Made by a program: the position numbers and the translations under genes
Shown: positions 36,001-51,000 of the stretch, piece by piece
How positions within the stretch are numbered: position 1 is the first letter of the stretch
Layout of the letters: every line of letters starts with the position of its first letter
Assembly: GCA_964016885.1 (NCBI GenBank)
Contig: OZ024752.1
Span: 29,822,001-29,886,000, forward strand
Source of the DNA: Eledone cirrhosa
Taxonomy: Eukaryota
Direction: 5' to 3'
Length of the DNA stretch: 64,000 nt
The notes under the pieces: model-generated
Seen by the model: the letters and a program-made list of their open reading frames with translations, nothing else
Database searches by the model: none
Told to the model about the DNA's origin: nothing

Positions 36001-39000
36001 GGTAATATTGTAGATGTGGGATGTGTGGTCACTGTAATAGATTGCCAGAGATGGTAATATTGTAGATGTGGGATGTGTGGTCACTGTAATAGATTGCCAG
36101 AGATGGTAATGTTGTAGATGTGGGATGTGAGGTCACTGTAATAGATTGGCAGAGATGGTAATATTGTAGATGTGGGATGTGTGGTCACTGTAATAGATTG
36201 CCAGAGATGGTAATGTTGTAGATGTGGGATGTGTGGTCACTGTAATAGATTGGCAGAGATGGTAATATTGTAGATGTGGGATGTGTGGTCACTGTAATAG
36301 ATTGCCAGAGATGGTAATGTTGTAGATGTGGGATGTGTGGTCACTATAATAGATTGGCAGAGATGGTAATATTGTAGATGTGGGATGTGTGGTCACTGTA
36401 ATAGATTGCCAGAGATGGTAATGTTGTAGATGTGGGATGTGTGGTCACTGTAATAGATTGGCAGAGATGGTAATGTTGTAGATGTGGGATGTGAGGTCAC
36501 TGTAATAGATTGGCAGAGATGGTAATGTTGTCGATGTGGGATGTTTGGCCACTGTAATAGATTGGCAGAGATGGTAATATTGTAGATGTGGGATGTGTGG
36601 TCACCGTAATAGATTGCCAGAGATGGTAATATTGTAGATGTGGGATGTGTGGTCACCGTAATAGAATTGGCAGCGATGGTAATGTTGTAGATGTGGGATG
36701 TGTGGTCACTGTAATAGATTGCCAGAGATGGTAATGTTGTAGATGTGGGATGTTTGGCCACTGTAATAGATTGCCAGAGATGGTAATATTGTAGATGTGG
36801 GATGTGTGGTCACCGTAATAGATTGCCAGAGATGGTAATATTGTAGATGTGGGATGTGTGGTCACTGTAATAGATTGGCAGAGATGGTAATGTTGTAGAT
36901 GTGGGGTGTGTGGTCACTGTAATAGATTGCCAGAGATGGTAATATTGTAGATGTGGGATGTGTGGTCACTGTAATAGATTGGCAGAGATGGTAATGTTGT
37001 ACATGTGGAATGTGTGGTCACTGTAATAGATTGGCAGAGATGGTAATGTTGTAGATGTGGGATGTTTGGCCACTGTAATAGATTGGCAGAGATGGTAATA
37101 TTGTAGATGTGGGATGTGTGGTAACCGTAATAGATTGCCAGAGATGGTAATATTGTAGATGTGGGATGTGTGGTCACCGTAATAGATTGGCAGAGATGGT
37201 AATGTTGTAGATGTGGGGTGTGTGGTCACTGTAATAGATTGCCAGAGATGGTAATATTGTAGATGTGGGATGTGTGGTCACTGTAATAGATTGGCAGAGA
37301 TGGTAATGTTGTAGATGTGGGGTGTGTGGTCACTGTAATAGATTGCCAGAGATGGTAATATTGTAGATGTGGTATGTGAAGTCACTGTAATAGGTTGCCA
37401 GAGATGGTAATATTGTAGATGTGGGATGTGTGGTCACCGTAATAGATTGCCAGAGATGGTAATATTGTAGATGTGGGATGTGTGGTCACTGTAATAGATT
37501 GGCAGAGATGGTAATGTTGTAGATGTGGGATGTGTGGTCACTGTAATAGATTGCCAGAGATGGTAATGTTGTAGATGTGGGATGTGTGGTCACTGTAATA
37601 GATTGCCAGAGATGTTAATATTGTAGATGTGGGATGTGTGGTCACTGTAATAGATTGCCAGAGATGGTAATGTTGTAGATGTGGGATGTGAAGTCACTGT
37701 AATAGATTGGCAGAGATGGTAATATTGTAGATGTGGGATGTGTGGTCACTGTAATAGATTGCCAGAGATGGTAATGTTGTAGATGTGGGATGTGTGGTCA
37801 CTGTAATAGATTGGCAGAGATGGTAATATTGTAGATGTGGGATGTGTGGTCACTGTAATAGATTGCCAGAGATCGTAATGTTGTAGATGTGGGATGTGTG
37901 GTCACTATAATAGATTGGCAGAGATGGTAATATTGTAGATGTGGGATGTGTGGTCACTGTCATAGATTGGCAGAGATGGTATTGTTGTAGATGTGGGATG
38001 TGAGGTCACTGTAATAGATTGGTAGAGATGGTAATATTGTAGATGTGGGATGTGAGGTCACTGTAATAGATTGGTAGAGATGGTAATATTGTAGATGTGG
38101 GATGTGAGGTCACTGTAATAGATTGGTAGAGATGGTAATATTGTAGATGTGGGATGTGTGGTCACTGTAATAGATTGGCAGAGATGGTAATATTGTAGAT
38201 GTGGGATGTGTGGTCACTGTAATAGATTGCCAAAGATGGTAATGTTGTAGGTGTGGGATGTTTGGTCACTGTAATAGATTGGCAAAGATGGTAATATTGT
38301 AGATGTAGGATGTGTGGTCACCGTAATAGATTACCAGAGATGGTAATATTGTAGATGTGGGATGTGTGGTCACTGTAATAGATTGCCAGAGATGGTAATA
38401 TTGTAGATGTGGGATGTGTGGTCACTGTAATAGATTGCCAGCGATGGTAATGTTGTAGATGTGGGATGTGTGGCCACTGTAATAGATTGCCAGAGATGGT
38501 AATATTGTAGATGTGGGATGTTTGGTCACAGTAATAGGTTGCCAGAGATGGTAATATTGTAGATGTGGGATGTGTGGTCACTGTAATAGATTGACAGAGA
38601 TGGTAATGTTGTAGATGTGGGATGTGTGGTCACTGTAATAGATTGCCAGAGATGGTAATGTTGTAGATGTGGGATGTGTGGCCACTGTAATAGATTGCCA
38701 GAGATGGTAATATTGTAGATGTGGGATGTGTGGTCACTGTAATAGATTGCCAGAGATGGTAATGTTGTAGATGTGGGATGTGTGGTCACTGTAATAGGTT
38801 ACCAGAGATGGTAATATTGTAGATGTGGGATGTGTGGTCACTGTAATAGATTGGCAAAGATGGTAATACTGTAGATGTAGGATGTGTGGTCACCGTAATA
38901 GATTACCAGAGATGGTAATATTGTAGATGTGGGATGTGTGGTCACTGTAATAGGTTACCAGAGATGATAATGTTGTAGATGTGGGATGTGAGGTCACTGT

Positions 39001-42000
39001 AATAGATTGGCAGAGATGGTAATGTTGTAGATGTGGGATGTGTGGTCACTGTAATAGGTTGCCAGAGATGGTAATATTGTAGATGTGGGATGTGTGGCCA
39101 TTGTAATACATTGCCAGAGATGGTAATATTGTAGATGTGGGATGTGTGGTCACTGTAATAGATTGGCAGAGATGGTAATGTTGTAGATGTGGGATGTGTG
39201 GCCACTGTAATAGATTGCCAGAGATGGCAATGTTGTAGATGTGGGATGTGTGGTCACTTTAATAGGTTGCCAGAGATGGTAATATTGTAGATGTGGGATG
39301 TGTGGTCACTGTAATAGATTGCCAGAGATGGTAATATTGTAGATGTGGGATGTGTGGTCACTGTAATAGATTGCCAGAGATGGTAATGTTGTAGATGTGG
39401 GATGTGAGGTCACTGTAATAGATTGGCAGAGATGGTAATATTGTAGATGTGGGATGTGTGGTCACTGTAATAGATTGCCAGAGATGGTAATGTTGTAGAT
39501 GTGGGATGTGTGGTCACTGTAATAGATTGGCAGAGATGGTAATATTGTAGATGTGGGATGTGTGGTCACTGTAATAGATTGCCAGAGATGGTAATGTTGT
39601 AGATGTGGGATGTGTGGTCACTATAATAGATTGGCAGAGATGGTAATATTGTAGATGTGGGATGTGTGGTCACTGTAATAGATTGCCAGAGATGGTAATG
39701 TTGTAGATGTGGGATGTGTGGTCACTGTAATAGATTGGCAGAGATGGTAATGTTGTAGATGTGGGATGTGAGGTCACTGTAATAGATTGGTAGAGATGGT
39801 AATATTGTAGATGTGGGATGTGAGGTCACTGTAATAGATTGGTAGAGATGGTAATATTGTAGATGTGGGATGTGAGGTCACTGTAATAGATTGGTAAAGA
39901 TGGTAATATTGTAGATGTGGGATGTGTGGTCACTGTAATAGATTGGCAGTGATGGTAATATTGTAGATGTGGGATGTGTGGTCACTGTAATAGATTGCCA
40001 AAGATGGTAATGTTGTAGGTGTGGGATGTTTGGTCACTGTAATAGATTGGCAAAGATGGTAATATTGTAGATGTAGGATGTGTGGTCACCATAATAGATT
40101 ACCAGAGATGGTAATATTGTAGATGTGGGATGTGTGGTCACTGTAATAGATTGCCAGAGATGGTAATATTGTAGATGTGGGATGTGTGGTCACTGTAATA
40201 GATTGCCAGCGATGGTAATGTTGTAGATGTGGGATGTGTGGCCACTGTAATAGATTGCCAGAGATGGTAATATTGTAGATGTGGGATGTTTGGTCACAGT
40301 AATAGGTTGCCAGAGATGGTAATATTGTAGATGTGGGATGTGTGGTCACTGTAATAGATTGCCAGAGATGGTAATGTTGTAGATGTGGGATGTGTGGTCA
40401 CTGTAATAGATTGCCAGAGATGGTAATGTTGTAGATGCGGGATGTGTGGCCACTGTAATAGGTTACCAGAGATGGTAATGTTGTAGATGTGGGATGTGTG
40501 GTCACTGTAATAGATTGGCAAAGATGGTAATACTGTAGATGTAGGATGTGTGGTCACCGTAATAGATTACCAGAGATGGTAATATTGTAGATGTGGGATG
40601 TGTGGGCACTGTAATAGGTTACCAGAGATGATAATGTTGTAGATGTGGGATGTGAGGTCACTGTAATAGATTGGCAGAGATGGTAATGTTGTAGATGTGG
40701 GATGTGTGGTCACTGTAATAGGTTGCCAGAGATGGTAATATTGTAGATGTGGGATGTGTGGCCATTGTAATACATTGCCAGAGATGGTAATATTGTAGAT
40801 GTGGGATGTGTGGTCACTGTAATAGATTGGCAGAGATGGTAATGTTGTAGATGTGGGATGTGTGGCCACTGTAATAGATTGCCAGAGATGGCAATGTTGT
40901 AGATGTGGGATGTGTGGTCACTTTAATAGGTTGCCAGAGATGGTAATATTGTAGATGTGGGATGTGTGGCCATTGTAATACATTGCCAGAGATGGTAATA
41001 TTGTAGATGTGGGATGTGTGGTCACTGTAATAGATTGGCAGAGATGGTAATGTTGTAGATGTGGGATGTGTGGTCACTGTAATAGATTGCCAGAGATGGT
41101 AATATTGTAGATGTGGGATGTGTGGTCACTGTAATAGATTGCCAGAGATGGCAATGTTGTAGATGTGGGAGGTGTGGTCACTTTAATAGGTTGCCAGAGA
41201 TGGTAATATTGTAGATGTGGGATGTGTGGTCACTGTAATAGATTGCCAGAGATGGTAATGTTGTAGATGTGGGATGTGTGGTCACTGTAATAGGTTGCCA
41301 GAGATGGTAATATTGTAGATGTGGGATGTGTGGCCATTGTAATACATTGCCAGAGATGGTAATATTGTAGATGTGGGATGTGTGGCCACTGTAATAGATT
41401 GCCAGAGATGGCAATGTTGTAGATGTGGGATGTGTGGTCACTTTAATAGGTTGCCAGAGATGGTAATATTGTAGATGTGGGATGTGTGGTCACTGTAATA
41501 GATTGCCAGAGATGGTAATGTTGTAGATGTGGGATGTGTGGTCACTGTAATAGATTGCCAGAGATCGTAATATTGTAGATGTAGGATGTGTGGTCACTGT
41601 AATAGATTGCCAGAGATGGTAATGTTGTAGATGTGGGATGTGTGGTCACTGTAATAGATTGCCAGAGATGGTAATATTGCAGATGAGGGATGTGTGGTCA
41701 CTGTAATAGATTGCCAGAGATGGTAATGTTGTAGATGTGGGATGTGTGGTCACTGTAATAGATTGGCAGAGATGGTAATGTTGTAGATGTAGGATGTGTG
41801 GTCACTGTAATAGATTGCCAGAGATGGTAATGTTGTAGATGTGGGATGTGTGGTCACTGTAATAGATTGGCAGAGATAGTAATATTGCAGATGAGGGATG
41901 TGTGGTCACTGTAATAGATTGCCACAGATGGTAATATTGTAGATGTGGGATGTGTGGTCACTGTAATAGATTGCTAGAGATGGTAATATTGTAGATGTGG

Positions 42001-45000
42001 GATGTGTGGCCACTGTAATAGATTGCCAGAGATGGTAATATTGTAGATGTGGGATGTGTGGTCACTGTAATAGATTGGCAGAGATGGTAATATTGTAGAT
42101 GTGGGATGTGAGGTCACTGTAATAGATTGCCAGAGATGGTAATGTTGTAGATGTGGGATGTGAGGTCACTGTAATAGATTGCCAGAGATGGTACTGTTGT
42201 AGATGTGGTATGTGAGGTCACTGTAATAGATTGGCAGAGATGGTAATGTTGTAGATATGGGATGTGTGGTCACCGTAATAGATTGCCAGAGATGGTAATA
42301 TTGTAGATGTGGGATGTGTGGTCACCGTAATAGATTGCCAGAGATGGTAATGTTGTAGATGTGGGATGTGTGGTCACTGTAATAGGTTGCCAGAGATGGT
42401 AATGTTGTAGATGTGGGATGTGTGGCCACTGTAATAGATTGGCAGAGATGGTAATATTGTAGATGTGGGATGTGTGGTCACTGTAATAGGTTGCCAGAGA
42501 TGGTAATGTTGTAGATGTGGGATGTGTGGCCACTGTAATAGATTGGCAGAGATGGTAATATTGTAGATGTGGGATGTGTGGTCACTGTAATAGATTGGTA
42601 GAGATGGTAATATTGTAGATGTGGGATGTGTGGTCACTGTAATAGATTGCCAGAGATGGTAATATTGTAGATGTGGGATGTTTGGCCACTGTAATAGATT
42701 GGCAAAGATGGTAATATTGTAGATGTGGGATGTGTGGTCACTGTAATAGTTTGGCAGAGATGGTAATGTTGTAGATGTGGGATGTGTGGTCACTGTAATA
42801 GGTTGCCAGAGATGGTAATGTTGTAGATGTGGGATGTGTGGTCACTGTAATAGGTTGCCAGAGATGGTAATGTTGTAGATGTGGGATGTGTGGTCACTGT
42901 AATAGATTGGCAGAGATGGTAATATTGTAGATGTGGGATGTGTGGTCACTGTAATAGATTGGCAGAGATGGTAATATTGTAGATGTGGGATGTGTGGTCA
43001 CTGTAATAGGGTGCCAGAGATGGTAATGTTGTAGATGTGGGATGTGTGGTCACTGTAATAGATTGGCAGAGATGGTAATATTGTAGATGTGGGATGTGAG
43101 GTCACTGTAATAGATTGGCAGAGATGGTAATATTGTAGATGTGGGATGTGTGGACACTGTAATAGGTTGCCAGAGATGGTAATGTTGTAGATGTGGGATG
43201 TGAGGTCACCGTAATAGATTGGCAGAGATGGTAATGTTGTAGATGTAGGATGTGTGGTCACTGTAATAGATTGCCAGAGATGGTAATATTGTAGATGTGG
43301 GATGTGTGGCCATTGTAATACATTGCCAGAGATGGTAATATTGTAGATGTGGGATGTGTGGTCACTGTAATAGATTGGCAGAGATGGTAATGTTGTAGAT
43401 GTGGGATGTGTGGCCACTGTAATAGATTGCCAGAGATGGCAATGTTGTAGATGTGGGATGTGTGGTCACTGTAATAGATTGCCAGAGATGGTAATGTTGT
43501 AGATGCGGGATGTGTGGCCACTGTAATAGGTTACCAGAGATGGTAATGTTGTAGATGTGGGATGTGTGGTCACTGTAATAGATTGGCAAAGATGGTAATA
43601 CTGTAGATGTAGGATGTGTGGTCACCGTAATAGATTACCAGAGATGGTAATATTGTAGATGTGGGATGTGTGGGCACTGTAATAGGTTACCAGAGATGAT
43701 AATGTTGTAGATGTGGGATGTGAGGTCACTGTAATAGATTGGCAGAGATGGTAATGTTGTAGATGTGGGATGTGTGGTCACTGTAATAGGTTGCCAGAGA
43801 TGGTAATATTGTAGATGTGGGATGTGTGGCCATTGTAATACATTGCCAGAGATGGTAATATTGTAGATGTGGGATGTGTGGTCACTGTAATAGATTGGCA
43901 GAGATGGTAATGTTGTAGATGTGGGATGTGTGGCCACTGTAATAGATTGCCAGAGATGGCAATGTTGTAGATGTGGGATGTGTGGTCACTTTAATAGGTT
44001 GCCAGAGATGGTAATATTGTAGATGTGGGATGTGTGGCCATTGTAATACATTGCCAGAGATGGTAATATTGTAGATGTGGGATGTGTGGTCACTGTAATA
44101 GATTGGCAGAGATGGTAATGTTGTAGATGTGGGATGTGTGGTCACTGTAATAGATTGCCAGAGATGGTAATATTGTAGATGTGGGATGTGTGGTCACTGT
44201 AATAGATTGCCAGAGATGGCAATGTTGTAGATGTGGGAGGTGTGGTCACTTTAATAGGTTGCCAGAGATGGTAATATTGTAGATGTGGGATGTGTGGTCA
44301 CTGTAATAGATTGCCAGAGATGGTAATGTTGTAGATGTGGGATGTGTGGTCACTGTAATAGGTTGCCAGAGATGGTAATATTGTAGATGTGGGATGTGTG
44401 GCCATTGTAATACATTGCCAGAGATGGTAATATTGTAGATGTGGGATGTGTGGCCACTGTAATAGATTGCCAGAGATGGCAATGTTGTAGATGTGGGATG
44501 TATGGTCACTTTAATAGGTTGCCAGAGATGGTAATATTGTAGATGTGGGATGTGTGGTCACTGTAATAGATTGCCAGAGATGGTAATGTTGTAGATGTGG
44601 GATGTGTGGTCACTGTAATAGATTGCCAGAGATCGTAATATTGTAGATGTAGGATGTGTGGTCACTGTAATAGATTGCCAGAGATGGTAATGTTGTAGAT
44701 GTGGGATGTGTGGTCACTGTAATAGATTGCCAGAGATGGTAATATTGCAGATGAGGGATGTGTGGTCACTGTAATAGATTGCCAGAGATGGTAATGTTGT
44801 AGATGTGGGATGTGTGGTCACTGTAATAGATTGGCAGAGATGGTAATGTTGTAGATGTAGGATGTGTGGTCACTGTAATAGATTGCCAGAGATGGTAATG
44901 TTGTAGATGTGGGATGTGTGGTCACTGTAATAGATTGGCAGAGATAGTAATATTGCAGATGAGGGATGTGTGGTCACTGTAATAGATTGCCAGAGATGGT

Positions 45001-48000
45001 AATATTGTAGATGTGGGATGTGTGGTCACTGTAATAGATTGCTAGAGATGGTAATATTGTAGATGTGGGATGTGTGGCCACTGTAATAGATTGCCAGAGA
45101 TGGTAATATTGTAGATGTGGGATGTGTGGTCACTGTAATAGATTGGCAGAGATGGTAATATTGTAGATGTGGGATGTGAGGTCACTGTAATAGATTGCCA
45201 GAGATGGTAATGTTGTAGATGTGGGATGTGAGGTCACTGTAATAGATTGCCAGAGATGGTACTGTTGTAGATGTGGTATGTGAGGTCACTGTAATAGATT
45301 GGCAGAGATGGTAATGTTGTAGATATGGGATGTGTGGTCACCGTAATAGATTGCCAGAGATGGTAATATTGTAGATGTGGGATGTGTGGTCACCGTAATA
45401 GATTGCCAGAGATGGTAATGTTGTAGATGTGGGATGTGTGGTCACTGTAATAGGTTGCCAGAGATGGTAATGTTGTAGATGTGGGATGTGTGGCCACTGT
45501 AATAGATTGGCAGAGATGGTAATATTGTAGATGTGGGATGTGTGGTCACTGTAATAGGTTGCCAGAGATGGTAATGTTGTAGATGTGGGATGTGTGGCCA
45601 CTGTAATAGATTGGCAGAGATGGTAATATTGTAGATGTGGGATGTGTGGTCACTGTAATAGATTGGTAGAGATGGTAATATTGTAGATGTGGGATGTGTG
45701 GTCACTGTAATAGATTGCCAGAGATGGTAATATTGTAGATGTGGGATGTTTGGCCACTGTAATAGATTGGCAAAGATTGTAATATTGTAGATGTGGGATG
45801 TGTGGTCACTGTAATAGTTTGGCAGAGATGGTAATGTTGTAGATGTGGGATGTGTGGTCACTGTAATAGGTTGCCAGAGATGGTAATGTTGTAGATGTGG
45901 GATGTGTGGTCACTGTAATAGGTTGCCAGAGATGGTAATGTTGTAGATGTGGGATGTGTGGTCACTGTAATAGATTGGCAGAGATGGTAATATTGTAGAT
46001 GTGGGATGTGTGGTCACTGTAATAGATTGGCAGAGATGGTAATATTGTAGATGTGGGATGTGTGGTCACTGTAATAGGGTGCCAGAGATGGTAATGTTGT
46101 AGATGTGGGATGTGTGGCCACTGTAATAGATTGCCAGAGATGGCAATGTTGTAGATGTGGGATGTGTGGTCACTTTAATAGGTTGCCAGAGATGGTAATA
46201 TTGTAGATGTGGGATGTGTGGCCATTGTAATACATTGCCAGAGATGGTAATATTGTAGATGTGGGATGTGTGGTCACTGTAATAGATTGGCAGAGATGGT
46301 AATGTTGTAGATGTGGGATGTGTGGTCACTGTAATAGATTGCCAGAGATGGTAATATTGTAGATGTGGGATGTGTGGTCACTGTAATAGATTGCCAGAGA
46401 TGGCAATGTTGTAGATGTGGGAGGTGTGGTCACTTTAATAGGTTGCCAGAGATGGTAATATTGTAGATGTGGGATGTGTGGTCACTGTAATAGATTGCCA
46501 GAGATGGTAATGTTGTAGATGTGGGATGTGTGGTCACTGTAATAGGTTGCCAGAGATGGTAATATTGTAGATGTGGGATGTGTGGCCATTGTAATACATT
46601 GCCAGAGATGGTAATATTGTAGATGTGGGATGTGTGGCCACTGTAATAGATTGCCAGAGATGGCAATGTTGTAGATGTGGGATGTGTGGTCACTTTAATA
46701 GGTTGCCAGAGATGGTAATATTGTAGATGTGGGATGTGTGGTCACTGTAATAGATTGCCAGAGATGGTAATGTTGTAGATGTGGGATGTGTGGTCACTGT
46801 AATAGATTGCCAGAGATCGTAATATTGTAGATGTAGGATGTGTGGTCACTGTAATAGATTGCCAGAGATGGTAATGTTGTAGATGTGGGATGTGTGGTCA
46901 CTGTAATAGATTGCCAGAGATGGTAATATTGCAGATGAGGGATGTGTGGTCACTGTAATAGATTGCCAGAGATGGTAATGTTGTAGATGTGGGATGTGTG
47001 GTCACTGTAATAGATTGGCAGAGATGGTAATGTTGTAGATGTAGGATGTGTGGTCACTGTAATAGATTGCCAGAGATGGTAATGTTGTAGATGTGGGATG
47101 TGTGGTCACTGTAATAGATTGGCAGAGATAGTAATATTGCAGATGAGGGATGTGTGGTCACTGTAATAGATTGCCAGAGATGGTAATATTGTAGATGTGG
47201 GATGTGTGGTCACTGTAATAGATTGCTAGAGATGGTAATATTGTAGATGTGGGATGTGTGGCCACTGTAATAGATTGCCAGAGATGGTAATATTGTAGAT
47301 GTGGGATGTGTGGTCACTGTAATAGATTGGCAGAGATGGTAATATTGTAGATGTGGGATGTGAGGTCACTGTAATAGATTGCCAGAGATGGTAATGTTGT
47401 AGATGTGGGATGTGAGGTCACTGTAATAGATTGCCAGAGATGGTACTGTTGTAGATGTGGTATGTGAGGTCACTGTAATAGATTGGCAGAGATGGTAATG
47501 TTGTAGATATGGGATGTGTGGTCACCGTAATAGATTGCCAGAGATGGTAATATTGTAGATGTGGGATGTGTGGTCACCGTAATAGATTGCCAGAGATGGT
47601 AATGTTGTAGATGTGGGATGTGTGGTCACTGTAATAGGTTGCCAGAGATGGTAATGTTGTAGATGTGGGATGTGTGGCCACTGTAATAGATTGGCAGAGA
47701 TGGTAATATTGTAGATGTGGGATGTGTGGTCACTGTAATAGGTTGCCAGAGATGGTAATGTTGTAGATGTGGGATGTGTGGCCACTGTAATAGATTGGCA
47801 GAGATGGTAATATTGTAGATGTGGGATGTGTGGTCACTGTAATAGATTGGTAGAGATGGTAATATTGTAGATGTGGGATGTGTGGTCACTGTAATAGATT
47901 GCCAGAGATGGTAATATTGTAGATGTGGGATGTTTGGCCTCTGTAATAGATTGGCAAAGATGGTAATATTGTAGATGTGGGATGTGTGGTCACTGTAATA

Positions 48001-51000
48001 GTTTGGCAGAGATGGTAATGTTGTAGATGTGGGATGTGTGGTCACTGTAATAGGTTGCCAGAGATGGTAATGTTGTAGATGTGGGATGTGTGGTCACTGT
48101 AATAGGTTGCCAGAGATGGTAATGTTGTAGATGTGGGATGTGTGGTCACTGTAATAGATTGGCAGAGATGGTAATATTGTAGATGTGGGATGTGTGGTCA
48201 CTGTAATAGATTGGCAGAGATGGTAATATTGTAGATGTGGGATGTGTGGTCACTGTAATAGGGTGCCAGAGATGGTAATGTTGTAGATGTGGGATGTGTG
48301 GTCACTGTAATAGATTGGCAGAGATGGTAATATTGTAGATGTGGGATGTGAGGTCACTGTAATAGATTGGCAGAGATGGTAATATTGTAGATGTGGGATG
48401 TGTGGACACTGTAATAGGTTGCCAGAGATGGTAATGTTGTAGATGTGGGATGTGAGGTCACCGTAATAGATTGGCAGAGATGGTAATGTTGTAGATGTAG
48501 GATGTGTGGTCACTGTAATAGATTGCCAGAGATGGTAATGTTGTAGATGTGGGATGTGTGGTCACTGTAATAGATTGGCAGAGATGGTAATATTGTAGAT
48601 GTGGGATGTGTGGTGACCGTAATAGATTGCCAGAGATGGTAATATTGTATATGTGGGATGTGTGGTCACCGTAATAGATTGCCAGAGATGGTAATGTTGT
48701 AGATGTGGGATGTGTGGTCACCGTAATAGTTTGCCAGAGATGATAATGTTGTAGATGTGGGATGTGAGGTCACTGTAATAGATTGGCAGAGATGGTAATA
48801 TTGTAGATGTAGGATGTGTGGTCACTGTAATAGATTGGCAGAGATGGTAATGTTGTAGATGTAGGATGTGTGGTCACTGTAGTAGATTGCCAGAGATGGT
48901 AATGTTGTAGATGTGGGATGTTTGGCCACTGTAATAGATTGGCAGAGATGGTAATATTGTAGATGTGGGATGTGTGGTCACTGTAATAGATTGGCAGAAA
49001 TGGTAATATTGTAGATGTGGGATGTGTGGTCACTGTAATAGGTTACCAGAGATGATAATGTTGTAGATGTGGGATGTGAGGTCACTGTAATAGATTGGCA
49101 GAGATGGTAATGTTGTAGATGTGGGATGTGTGGTCACCTTAATAGATTGCCAGAGATGGTAATATTGTAGATGTGGGATGTGTGGTCACTGTAATAGATT
49201 GGTAGAGATGGTAATATTGTAGATGTGGGATGTGTGGTCACTGTAATAGATTGGTAGAGATGGTAATATTGTAGATGTGGGATGTGTGGTCACTGTAATA
49301 GATTGCCAGAGATGGTAATATTGTAGATGTGGGATGTTTGGCCACTGTAATAGATTGGCAAAGATGGTAATATTGTAGATGTGGGATGTGTGGTCACTGT
49401 AATAGTTTGGCAGAGATGGTAATGTTGTAGATGTGGGATGTGTGGTCACTGTAATAGGTTGCCAGAGATGGTAATGTTGAAGATGTGGGATGTGTGGTCA
49501 CTGTAATAGGTTGCCAGAGATGGTAATGTTGTAGATGTGGGATGTGTGGTCACTGTAATAGATTGGCAGAGATGGTAATATTGTAGATGTGGGATGTGTG
49601 GTCACTGTAATAGATTGGCAGAGATGGTAATATTGTAGATGTGGGATGTGTGGTGACTGTAATAGGGTGCCAGAGATGGTAATGTTGTAGATGTGGGATG
49701 TGTGGTCACTGTAATAGATTGGCAGAGATGGTAATATTGTAGATGTGGGATGTGAGGTCACTGTAATAGATTGGCAGAGATGGTAATATTGTAGATGTGG
49801 GATGTGTGGACACTGTAATAGGTTGCCAGAGATGGTAATGTTGTAGATGTGGGATGTGAGGTCACTGTAATAGATTGGCAGAGATGGTAATGTTGTAGAT
49901 GTAGGATGTGTGGTCACTGTAATAGATTGCCAGAGATGGTAATGTTGTAGATGTGGGATGTGTGGTCACTGTAATAGATTGGCAGAGATGGTAATGTTGT
50001 AGATGTGGGATGTTTGGCCACTGTAATAGATTGGCAGAGATGGTAATATTGTAGATGTGGGATGTGTGGTGACCGTAATAGATTGCCAGAGATGGTAATA
50101 TTGTATATGTGGGATGTGTGGTCACCGTAATAGATTGCCAGAGATGGTAATGTTGTAGATGTGGGATGTGTGGTCACCGTAATAGATTGCCAGAGATGAT
50201 AATGTTGTAGATGTGGGATGTGAGGTCACTGTAATAGATTGGCAGAGATGGTAATATTGTAGATGTAGGATGTGTGGTCACTGTAATAGATTGGCAGAGA
50301 TGGTAATGTTGTAGATGTAGGATGTGTGGTCACTGTAGTAGATTGCCAGAGATGGTAATGTTGTAGATGTGGGATGTTTGGCCACTGTAATAGATTGGCA
50401 GAGATGGCAATATTGTAGATGTGGGATGTGTGGTCACTGTAATAGATTGGCAGAAATGGTAATATTGTAGATGTGGGATGTGTGGTCACTGTAATAGGTT
50501 ACCAGAGATGATAATGTTGTAGATGTGGGATGTGAGGTCACTGTAATAGATTGGCAGAGATGGTAATGTTGTAGATGTGGGATGTGTGGTCACCTTAATA
50601 GATTGCCAGAGATGGTAATATTGTAGATGTGGGATGTGTGGTCACTGTAATAGATTGGTAGAGATGGTAATATTGTAGATGTGGGATGTGTGGTCACTGT
50701 AATAGATTGGCAGAGATGGTAATGTTGTAGATGTGGGATGTGTGGTCACCGTAATAGATTGCCAGAGATGGTAATATTGTAGATGTGGGATGTGTGGTCA
50801 CTGTAATAGATTGGCAGAGATGGTAATGTTGTAGATGTGGGATGTGTGGTCACTTTAATAGGTTGCCAGAGATGGTAATATTGTAGATGTGGGATGTGTG
50901 GTCACTGTAATAGCTTGCCAGAGATGGTAATATTGTAGATGTGGGATGTGTAGTCACTGTAATAGATTGCCAGAGATGGTAATATTGTAGATGTGGGATG